A stretch of 60,941 bases of DNA, counting the filler, from Dugesia japonica (taxonomy: Eukaryota): assembly GCA_001938525.1 (NCBI GenBank). It is 5 parts of 5 records of this genome, joined end to end, with 100 filler letters (N's around TTAATTAATTAA, not from the genome) between each part and the next. Parts side by side here need not be neighbours in the genome. Positions count along the whole stretch, not along the records: positions 49,200 to 60,941 come from MQRL01586767.1; 4 more parts are not named here. The stretch is one strand, 5' to 3'. This document shows positions 51,273 through 60,941 of this stretch, in pieces; within the stretch, counting starts at the first letter, position 1, and the number at the start of each line of letters is the position of its first letter. The notes under the pieces are model-generated. The model was not told where the DNA came from and searched no databases. It saw only the letters and a program-made list of their open reading frames with translations. A program made the position numbers and the translations under genes.

Positions 51273-51760
51273 ATGTCTTCTACATCAGAACAAGAATTAT
51301 TTGATTTGGTAAATTCAAATGAAAGTAAATCTGTAAAAATTAATGGTAAAAACTATTGGATTGGTAAACAAGTAAAAGAAGAAATAAAAAAGAAAATGGG
51401 TGGAACATGAANGNGGATTTGCTTTTCTAGCTGCAATACCAGCTATAATTGCTGGTTTAGCATCAACAGCTGGTATTGCCAGTGGAATTGCAAGTACAGT
51501 AAGTAATTCTAGAGATGCAATTAAAAAAGAAACAGAATTAGTTGAATTACAGAAAAAAGAAATATTAATTCAAATAGAAAAATTAGAAAAATAAGGTTTA
51601 GATAGAACTAGTTCTGGTTNAGGACTTTACTTAAAACCATATCAAGGAAGTTCAATTCATAAATATTTTAAAAATAGTTTACCAAACTCAGAATTAAAAA
51701 TGATTACTAAAAATTTTAAAAATGGAATACAGGTTAAAATAAAAGATGATGGTTTATATT
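51273..51760 (+). pseudogene. Virion core / membrane-active amphipathic protein
   Basis: KKKMGG..GFAFLAAIPAIIAGLASTAGIASGIASTV..GLYLKPYQG, a pattern typical of Maverick core proteins. Confidence 0.65.
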
Positions 51761-51775
51761 AAAAACCTTTTAAAA

Positions 51776-52560
51776 ATGGATAATGTGGAAATAACAGCAA
51801 GAATAAAACTTTTGAAAGAATTAATAAAAGCTCAAGATGATTATGATAATTTATTTACTGGTAATGTAATTGAATCAAAAACTTTACAAAACACTTTAAC
51901 TACACAACAACAACCTACTATTAAAGCAATTTAAGACTTGGGTAAAAAATCTTCAAATCCTTTTGAAAATAGAATAACATTCTTTCCTAAAATTAATTTA
52001 AATATTGATAATTTATCTAATATAAATAAACCTGTATTTGAAATAGAACCTATTGATAATAAAGCTTTCAAAAAATAATTTATCCTAATAAAAAAGGATC
52101 ACAAACAGTAATATATTTATTTGAAGAAGATGGAAAGAAATACNNNNNNNNNNNNNNNNNNNNNNNNNNNNNNNNNNNNNNNNNNNNNNNNNNNNNNNNN
52201 NNNNNNAGCAAAAGATATTTATGTAAAAAATAAATATTAGATTTTTTCATAATTCTAAATATTATAGAAACTTTATAAAACCAGTTGTTGAAAAAGAAAT
52301 CCCAAAGGGCCCCGTTCCAATAAAAGAAACTCCTAAAAGTCGTGAGCGAGAGCGAACTCCTGAAGATATCAAAGGTGATGGTTTAGAATAGTTTTCAAAT
52401 TTAGATGATCCAGTATCTTTATTTGAAATATAAACATTATTAATTTCAGCTGTAAAAGCTGGGCATAATAATTTACACAACGAAATTAAATCTGTTTGTA
52501 AAGAATTATTAAGCCAAGCCCAAGGGAGCCCATTAACTACAAAAAAAATATAATGTTTAT
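51776..52560 (+). pseudogene. Conserved Maverick protein remnant
   Basis: C-terminal DDPVSL..LLISAVKAGHNNLHNEIKSVCKEL matches the recurrent DDP.EL..LL.AS..AGH..NEI..EL motif. Confidence 0.6.
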
Positions 52561-52586
52561 AAAAATAAATATTTTCTATAAAGAAA

Positions 52587-53045
52587 ATGTATCATCAATT
52601 TTTAGTTGTTGGTAAAGAGTCTGATTTAAAAGTTGATTTAAGATTTCCAATAGAATTAGATTCAGACTATGAAATGGCTTTATTATCTTTTAGTTGTTAT
52701 AATATAATTTTCAATGTTACTAATAAAAAATACTTTCAACTGTAATGATAAATTAATAACCATAGAACCAGGCGCTTATGAAATTAAAGAAATATCTAGT
52801 AAATTAAAAGATCATGGAATTGAAATTATCCCAGATTTATCCACAGCAAAATGTACTTTAACAACAAAAAATTCTCTCAAGTTTAATAAAAATATTTTTT
52901 TCGTACAATATTAGGTTTTCTACCAAAATAATATTCACCAGGAAAATATTATTCAGAAAATAAAGTTGACATTTTAAGCATTAATATGATAAATATAACT
53001 TGTAATTTAATCTTTCTTTATTATTTCTGTATTAGTTCATATAAG
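52587..53045 (+). pseudogene. Minor capsid protein (penton)
   Basis: FPIELDSDYEMALLSFSCYNIIFNV..IEPGAYEIKEI..INMINITCNL, with a C-terminal deletion relative to 1-453. Confidence 0.85.
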
Positions 53046-53048
53046 AAA

Positions 53049-53480
53049 ATGTCTTGTGTAAACTATGGGATTTTAGATTTTTTAAAAACATTTGGTATAA
53101 ATACTAAAACTAATTTTGATTTGTATTCTATTGCTGATTTTTGAAATTTAGAATTAGAAGTATTAATAAAGATGAAATTAATAAATCGGTCCTGCAGGGC
53201 CGAATTCCTAAAATTATTAATTATCAAAATACAAATCAAAGGGAACTTGTTGGATTGCTTTTTATAACCCTAAAGGAACCAATAGTTATTATTTTGATTC
53301 TTATGGTTTAAAAACTTTTAAAGAAATTGAAAAACATGTATATAATAAAATTCGAGTTCAACCTTTTGGAACTAGTATTTGTGGATTTTTATGTTTATAT
53401 TTTTTATACTCTATAAATTTTAAAACATTTGACGAAATTATTGATGAATGATATGAGAACTTAAGAGAATTACTTTTAAT
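53049..53480 (+). pseudogene. Adenain-like protease
   Basis: LDFLKTFGINTKTNFDLYSIA..WIAF..YFDSYG..YNKIRVQPFGTSICGFLCLYFL. Confidence 0.85.
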
Positions 53481-53501
53481 TGTATAATATCTTTAAAGAA
53501 A

Positions 53502-54740
53502 ATGAATAAATTTGAAGAAACTTTAAAAAGTCAAAATAATACAGAAGTATTAAAACATGTTTCTGATAAATTAAAATTAGAATCTGTTAACAACGACAAA
53601 AGGTTTGTTAATGAAAGTGGAGATTCAATTACTTGTTTGAAAATTATAAATGAACCTAAAAATGAATTAGATTCTATTAATTTAAAATTTATAAAAAATT
53701 TAAAGAATGAATTTAAGAATAATATCAATAGTGAAATTAATAAATTAGTAAAACAATTTTCTGAGCTAACGCAAACGACGAGTGATGTTAAAAATCAATT
53801 GAGAAATCAAAATATTTATATTCAACAACTTTTAGAAAATAATAAATCATGGATTAAAACCAATAGTGATTTAATTATTAAAATAAATAAATTAAATGAG
53901 CTAACACAAACGATGAGTGAATCTTTTAATTCTTAAAAAACTGATTTTAAAAATACACAAGTTAAAAAAGAAATCGAAAAGATCTTGGAAAAAATTGAAA
54001 AACTATCAAAAGAAATGAATAATTTATCTAGTATTTTTTCTCCTGAAAAATTTAATAAAATTAATTCAGAATAGGAAAAACTAAATTAAATAATCAATTT
54101 TAATAAACAAATGATGAACGATCCTTTAATTCCTTTAGAAAAAGAGTTTAATAAAATAAAAGAAGATCTTCATATTGATCGTGTTAAAGAAATTAATGAT
54201 TGTATTGATAAATTAAAAAAACAAGTATCATCTGGAAAACTTTATGATCAAGATTTATTAAATAGAATAAAAGAAATAATTGATAATTATTTTTTATTTC
54301 TTGTTTTAAAAAATTATGGTAAGTATAATGATGTATTAATATTTTTATNAACTACTTTAATTACAAAGAATGAATTACCAAGTTATTATGGTTTAATATC
54401 ACCATTTAAAATAAAAAGAAAAAGAATTTTAAGTAATCCATAAGGACCCCATAAATTTTATTTCCTTGAAAAACCATTAGAACTCTATTTTTGTTTAAAT
54501 AGGATAAGAGATAAAGCTTATTTTATAAGTCAAGGATATTGTGATATTTCATTTTTTGAAATTTTATGTAATGATTGATAACATTCCAAAAATATTTGAA
54601 TACAATTTTATTAAAAAACAAGAATTTACTTTTTTTAAAGAATACAAAGAAGTTCTATTAACCGATAAAATACTGTAGATAGAGTTACTTTAATTTTACC
54701 TAAAAATATTTATATTTATAAAATTATTATTTTAAGTGAT
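53502..54740 (+). pseudogene. Putative fibre / coiled-coil protein
   Basis: RFVNESGDS..EPKNELDSINLKF followed by a long coiled-coil-like region. Homolog of ORF 897. Confidence 0.45.
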
Positions 54741-54877
54741 TACTCANTTGCTAAAAAATCATATTCTGAATTATCCCATCGAAAGCCAAATTATTACTAA
54801 GATAAAATNTCTGAGCGATTGCAAACAAAGAACGAGCAAATATTTGGTGAAGAGTTAAATCCCAGAGGGTCCCATGA

Positions 54878-55490
54878 AATGAAAGTAAAAAAATATTTAT
54901 CCAGATCTAGAAAAATATATTTACAAAGATCAAAAAAATACTATTCAAGATCTTAAAACTAAATTATCAAATTTAAGAATTGAAGATTTTGAATCTGATC
55001 TTTATTTTATTGATGATAAAATTAATCATTATAAAAAGATTTATAAAAGATGGTCAAGNNNNNNNNNNNNNNNNNNATTTACAGAAATATTTATTGGAAC
55101 AGTTGTTGGAATAACTGGAACTGTTTTAATTTCTTTAGGAATTTTTGGTGTTGGAACAAGTTTTATTCCAATAATTTTAACTAGTGTAGTTTCTTGTATT
55201 CTAGTAATTGGTACTTTGAATGCATCTTTAATAAAATCTAAAAAGAAGAAGTATAAAAATTTAATTCATGAATTAGAAAAAGTAAAAAAAATTATTTTTA
55301 TTTCATAAAAAAGTTAAGTGACAATAATTTAACTGATGAAGAAATATCAATAAGCAAGAATATGGTTAAACAAGTTAAAGATTTAATTTCACATGAAAAT
55401 AAAAAAGAAGGTAAATTTGAAAGTGAAATTTTAAAAAATCTTGATGAACAAATTATTAAACAACAGAAAATAATTAGTTAATTAAAGAAA
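54878..55490 (+). pseudogene. Two-hydrophobic-helix membrane protein, homolog of 2439-3023
   Basis: LRIEDFESDLYFI..IFIGTVVGITGTVLISLGIFGVG..IILTSVVSCILVIG..KSKKKKY. Confidence 0.65.
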
Positions 55491-55699
55491 TAAAAGTGGC
55501 GTCCACGGACACCGCTTTAATATTTTAAATTTTAGAAAACGACATGCATGTCGTTCTTTATATTAAATTGCAATTTAGATTTTAGAAATAGTCTCATGCA
55601 TGAGCCACTTTTGAATTTTAATTTTAAACTTTCAACTTGTGTTAAATTATTTTTTCTTATTATTTCTAAAAAATTGAATCTGTGTATTATAATGTATTT

Positions 55700-58620
55700 T
55701 GTATTTATTTGTGATCGAATTATCTAACTGATTATAAATAAAATCATATATAACTTCTTTGGGATATTCTAAAATATTAAAACCTATATATGGAAATTTA
55801 TTATATTTTAATTTGCTTTGTCTTAAATGAATAGCAGCNNNNNNNNNNNNNNNNNNNNNNNNNNNNNNNNNNNNNNNNNNNNNNNNNNNNNNNNNNNNNN
55901 NNNNNNNNNNNNTAAAATTTATCTTTGAAGCAAACTTTATATAATCTTTATCTGTTCCAACTATTTCTACACTACATCTTTTTCTAATACCTTCTAATGT
56001 TTTACGATAAAATGCATTATTTTAAAATTTAAAGAAATAATCTCCAAATACATCATTATTTCTTTTTGATATGTTTCTCTGATCAATGTTAAATTGTATA
56101 TAATCCTTTAACCATGGTTTTTTAGCATAATATATTTACTATGTATTTTTTTAATTTTCATTCCTTATTTCATTAAAATAAGATAAAGCTTCGATCAAAA
56201 CAAAATTTATTTGTAAAAAAGTTCAAATAAATTTTGTTNNNNNNNNNNNNNNNNNNNNNNNNNNNNNNNNNNNNNNNNNNNNNNNNNNTTTAATGAAATC
56301 TCAAATCCGATCAATGGTTAAGTCCAACAATTATTTTCACAATAATTGTAATTATAAAATTCATTCCCTATTTTAAATATAAATCTAATGTTGAACCCAA
56401 AACAATATAATTTTGTTTATCAAATTAATTCAATGTTAATTTAATATTTTCTTGGATAATTTCTTGTTAAATGATTATTTGAAAATACTTGTCTATCACC
56501 ACAAACACCTCAATATCCTCCTCTTTCATTTTTTAGGAATATATTATACGTATTTTCTTGTGCATATTTTAATTTTTGTTTAGTAAATTTCATACCTGCA
56601 TTTCAAGTAAGACCCAGAGCTGAATAACAATAGCTTGGATCTATGTTATAATTATTTAAACAAATTTCTCTGAAATTTTCAAAGAAATCTGCTAAAATAA
56701 TTACATCTAATTTCATGTAATATATCATATATTCAAATAAATTTACAAATTGATTAAAATCTTGTATAAACCCATTCTATCCTAATTCTGTTATTTTTTG
56801 TTGTTTAAGTTTATTATTAAAATCTTTTTTTGTAGGTATATTTTCTGATTTTAATAAATTAATTACTTGATTAATATTTTCTTCTTTAAAATATTCATAT
56901 GGAAATGATATTTTCTTTGGAGCAAGATTAAATTATCTTAAATGATTATATTTTCCTGATTGTTTTATTAATTTACCCATTGTGTGGATTGATGTAAATG
57001 GACACATTCTTAAAGAATCTAGAAATCTAATTTTTCTAAATTCAAAGGAAATATACACATTTCATCTGTATGTGGAATTTTTTTTACTTCTGTTGGTTAT
57101 TTTGTTAATAATTCTTTGAAAAATAGATGATTTTCATAACCAGGCGCATTGTGAAAGTAAAATGGTATAAATAATTCTTTTATTGATTTATCTTGTAAAT
57201 TACAAATTTGATGAGCATAACCTCTGAATTCCCTGTTAAAGTGATCAAGATCAATAACTAGATTTTCAGTTATCTTTTTATTACAATATCTACAGTTTTG
57301 ATTGGGGTAAATTGTGGATGATTAGTTCCAGTATAATACCCAATTAATTTATTTTCTTTTATATCTTTTAATTTATTATTAATCTCTTCTAAAAATTCAA
57401 AGAACTGTTCATGTATATTTTCTCCAAAAAATTCTTTATATTCATTTTGAATTAAATGTGATATTTACTTTTGATGTAAATTCCTAGAGATAATGTTTTT
57501 TGTTTATTGATAATTGTACTGGTCTAACTTTCAAAATCACCATAAATTACAAACGGCAAATTATTTCAGAAATAATTATTTTTAAATGAAAAATATTTAT
57601 TATTTTCAAAATTTACTTTACATGAATCGGGGTTAATACATTCTTTTTGATGATTAATTAATAAATTTTTACTGTGATAACAATTCATACTACAAAAACA
57701 CAAATGATTTTTATATTTTTTAGTAACTGCAAAAACACCAACATTTCTACACAAAATATAATGTCCTTTATAAAATAATAAATTACATTTATTTTCATCT
57801 GGTTTAGGGTTACTATCATAATGAGAAATATATACAGGATAGATTTNNNNNNNNNNNNNNNNNNNNNNNNNNNNNNNNNNNNNNNNNNNNNNNNNNTTAC
57901 TTTAAAATCATTTAATTTTTCAAATATTTTTACATCATCAATACTTGCAGGAAAATTCATTTGGTGTGGTTCGTTGGATTTTATTTTTAATTCATTTAAA
58001 TAAGGAATATATTTTGAAACTCTAGTTGGTTGATCTTCAAATACATGTTTATGAGCTAAAATTGAATATAAAAAACAAANTTCATTTTTAATTTTAATTA
58101 CACCTGGTTTAATAAAAGGTAATTTTTTATATGCCCCAGAGTGGGCCCCAGAACCAACTATTGATTGATATTTTGAATGTTTAATTTTAAAATCGACAAT
58201 ACAATCCAAATTCCATCCACTTTCATTTCGATCTTCATCTTCCATGTATCTTTGAAGTTTATTTAATAACTCTTCCACAATAATTTTTACATCGCTTTTG
58301 ATAATAATTCTTTCATTACTTGAATATGAATTAAATATTCTTTCTTCTTCTTCTTTAGTGTAATTACAATTTACACTCAATCGTAGCATCTACTTTTTTG
58401 AATAATCAAAGTATAAATCAACAATTTTAGTAATTTCTTTTTTAAACCAAGTTATTAATTTAAAATTTAAATTTTGTACATTTCTAGTTAATTCAATTTT
58501 ACTTTCGTTAAAATATTCGATTTTGTAATATTTTATATTCTTTAAATAATTTTCGAGTTACATTCTTTTCAAAATAAATAGCATCATCTCCAGGTAATTC
58601 ATCAAATAACTTTTTAGTTT
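55700..58620 (-). pseudogene. Protein-primed family B DNA polymerase
   Basis: ESGW; CFLYSILA; FVIYGDFE; YFHNAPGYE; RFLDSL; FPYEYF; LDVIILADFFENFREICL..DPSYCYSALG; KPWLKDYI; NAFYRKTLE. Fragmented and interrupted by a host repeat. Confidence 0.9.
56168..56355. mobile_element. Host fold-back repeat inserted into pPolB
   Basis: Same family as 41417-41635. Flanked by an imperfect duplication ttcattcc(t/c)tatt. Confidence 0.8.
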
Positions 58621-58636
58621 CTTCTTCTCTCAATTT

Positions 58637-58978
58637 TTAAATACGCTCTTTGTGTACTCCACTATTAAAATGTGAATGTGCATGATTTTGTCTAGTAAAA
58701 GTTAAATTGCAAATATCACAANATAATGGAAATACGCCAATCCCAGAATACCCACTATTACTACCACAACTTGTGGAGTTTTTATGCAATCGCAAGCCTT
58801 TATCACTTGATAATCTTTTGAAACAAATGTTACATGTGTAATAATCGTGTACCGATCTTGCACAGGTTTGAGATTGGATATGCGACGACAACCCTGCGTT
58901 ATTTTTAAAAGTCTTGTTACAAACAGGACATTTAAAATCAACTGTCAAAGCTCTTCGATTTCCACTTGTGATATTCAT
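58637..58978 (-). CDS. Triple zinc-finger ORF, probably the frameshifted N-terminus of pPolB
   Basis: CPVCNKTF..LSSH..C, CNICFKRL..LRLH..C and CDICNLTF..HSHFNSGVH, immediately upstream of and co-oriented with PolB. Confidence 0.7.
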   Translation of the reverse strand: MNITSGNRRALTVDFKCPVCNKTFKNNAGLSSHIQSQTCARSVHDYYTCNICFKRLSSDKGLRLHKNSTSCGSNSGYSGIGVFPLXCDICNLTFTRQNHAHSHFNSGVHKERI

Positions 58979-59384
58979 TTTATATATAAATAATTTGATC
59001 GAACAAAAAAATAACTACCTTAAAGGTTCTTAATAATAAACAAGCAAAAATAAAATAAAAAGATAGAAAGAAGTTCATATTTTTTTAATCAAAAATAAAA
59101 AATACTAATATACATAATGTTTTATTTTGAATTAGAAGTTTTTAATGTATAATTTGGTAAATCGCTTTTAGCTGCGTAAATACTTTTTATATCTCCTTCA
59201 TATTCTTCCGGAACTTTTAATCTTGTTAATCTTTCACATAAACCATCACTATCTTCTTTTATTTTTTAGCAATATTAATACAACCTTCATTTGTAATAAT
59301 TAGATCATTATCTTCTTCCCTTTTTATCAATGTAAGTTTTAAACCTGGGTGTTCAATAAATTTTGGTTTTAGAGCTAAATTTAA

Positions 59385-59777
59385 TTATTCCCTTAATTTA
59401 TTATTTTCATCCCTTTCATTTTGGTAATCAATTTCTAATTGTTTTATAATATCAATATTTCTTGCGTCTTGTTTAGAAAATNNNNNNNNNNNNNNNNNNN
59501 NNNNNNNNNNNNNNNNNNNNNNNNNNNNNNNNNNNNNNNNNNNNNNNNNNNNNNNNNNNNNNNNNNNNNNNNNNNNNNNNNNNNNNNNNNNNNNNNNNNN
59601 NNNNNNNNNNNNNNNNNNNNNNNNNNNNNNNNNNNNNNNNNNNNNNNNNAAACTTTCAATTTCCATGATAGTAAATTTTTCAAGATTTGCTAAATTATTT
59701 ATACTATTATATAAAGTATTTATACCCAAATTTTCTTGTTGTTTTGGTTGCAGAACTATTTGTTTTTTACTAGCCAT
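59385..59777 (-). CDS. Hypothetical Polinton protein, gapped
   Basis: ORF with plausible composition on both sides of an N gap. Confidence 0.4.
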   Translation of the reverse strand: MASKKQIVLQPKQQENLGINTLYNSINNLANLEKFTIMEIESXXXXXXXXXXXXXXXXXXXXXXXXXXXXXXXXXXXXXXXXXXXXXXXXXXXXXXXXXFSKQDARNIDIIKQLEIDYQNERDENNKLRE

Positions 59778-60021
59778 TTTCTTTACTGAAAAAATAAAAT
59801 TCTATAACTTCTTGCGAACAGTATTTTCAACGACTTTTAGAAAATCTGAATCACTCATTGTGAGATAATCTATTTTAGGCTTTTGTATTTGTTGATTTTG
59901 AATTTGAATTGGTCTGATAGGATGGGGCCCTTTGGGATTTTGTGTTTGTTGATTTTCATTTGTTTTATCAAATCGTTTTATTAAAGATTCATAGTGACCA
60001 TTAACATCTCTTTTTGAAATT

Positions 60022-60204
60022 TTAATGTTTTTTTCGATTATAAGGAATATTAAATACTCTTAAATATTTTGTTATTGTTTTTTCATTTACATTATTTTGT
60101 TTACAAAACCTTGAAATAGGGTTTTCTATAAAATTATACCTTTTTAAGAATTTATAAAAATCACTTTGCGTTAGCTCATTCTGCATTATTTCATAACTAA
60201 CCAT
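60022..60204 (-). CDS. Small HTH-like Polinton protein
   Basis: ISRFCKQNNVNEKTITKYL, preceded by TTAATAAA-ATG. Confidence 0.4.
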   Translation of the reverse strand: MVSYEIMQNELTQSDFYKFLKRYNFIENPISRFCKQNNVNEKTITKYLRVFNIPYNRKKH

Positions 60205-60237
60205 TTTATTAATAAAAAATTTGACAATACCTTAACT

Positions 60238-60292
60238 GTACGATTACTATACGATTACGATACGATACGATACCATAACTATACGATTACTA
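60238..60292. repeat. (TACGA/CGATTAC)n short tandem repeat upstream of the last Polinton gene
   Basis: Directly visible. Its position is analogous to the tagcactttga and AT repeats at 8750-8859. Confidence 0.7.
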
Positions 60293-60444
60293 AAATATTA
60301 ATAAAAAACTACTGTTTTATTCTGATATTATATTTTTCTTTTAGGATTTTATTTTTATTCTTTGTTTGTGTTAGCATTCACATTTCTATTTTTAAAAAAT
60401 CAAAATCTAATCTAAAAATTAAAAAATCAAACCAACAGCCCAAT

Positions 60445-60572
60445 TAGATGTAATAATACGGTTTCCCGAGAAGTTGTTTATTTATATTCACTACACACTT
60501 TTTGCCCAAGACATATATGTAGGTGAAGAAAGGTCACAACCTTGTCGGGAAACCGTATTTTTACATCTACTA
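60445..60572. repeat. ~125-bp inverted-repeat element, homolog of 23517-23645
   Basis: Arms tagatgtaataatacggtttcccgagaag and cttgtcgggaaaccgtatttttacatcta. Confidence 0.8.
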
Positions 60573-60941
60573 ATGTTTAAATTAGATAAAATTTGGAACT
60601 CCTAAATTTTTTATTAGAAAACGATGTCAAATTTGTTAAAATAATATCACACTTGTTTGTTATTATTTTTCGATTTGAATAAATTGTAATATGGATTTAC
60701 TTAGTATTAATGATTTAAATACTCAAACGCCGGCAGAATTTTTGATTAATAAATTCAATGAATCATCTAATTGAAATTTATTAAAATAAAATGAATTCCA
60801 AACTTATTTCTCTTTTTAAGACATTAAAATAAAACCGATAATTTCTGTAGAAAATTATTGCAGAATTCCATTAAAATAAGATAAGGCTTCGATCAAAACA
60901 AAACAAAATTCATTTGTAAAAAAAGTTCAAATTTTCGACAA

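Larger units (their letters stand above)
49200..60300. mobile_element. Polinton/Maverick element C, decayed, closely related to element A
   Basis: Integrase, ATPase, core proteins, penton, protease, fibre-like, membrane protein and pPolB. The ATPase, penton and protease are clearly similar to the contig-1 copies. Confidence 0.92.

Overview
This window is not one locus. It is five contigs joined by identical 100-nt linkers (44 N + TTAATTAATTAA + 44 N at 8860-8959, 22615-22714, 36034-36133 and 49100-49199). The DNA is very AT-rich and eukaryotic, with GT-AG introns of about 50 nt and animal-type transposons; a flatworm-like host is only a guess. Contigs 1, 3 and 5 each carry a decayed endogenous Polinton/Maverick (adintovirus-like) element. 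Between them these encode capsids, adenain protease, packaging ATPase, rve integrase, PLA2 and protein-primed PolB. Contig 2 holds the main hidden feature: what looks like a ~150-bp satellite is an intact minus-strand host gene with at least 32 phase-0 exons, each encoding one ankyrin repeat, plus a C-cap exon. Its variation is concentrated at ligand-binding positions, and it is flanked and interrupted by Ty3/Gypsy remnants. The contig-3 Polinton carries a decayed compact TBP-like gene that the ORF track misses. Contig 4 is host DNA with a stand-alone BED-finger gene and mariner, hAT, Penelope and Merlin remnants. All family calls come from motif recognition by eye, not database searches.
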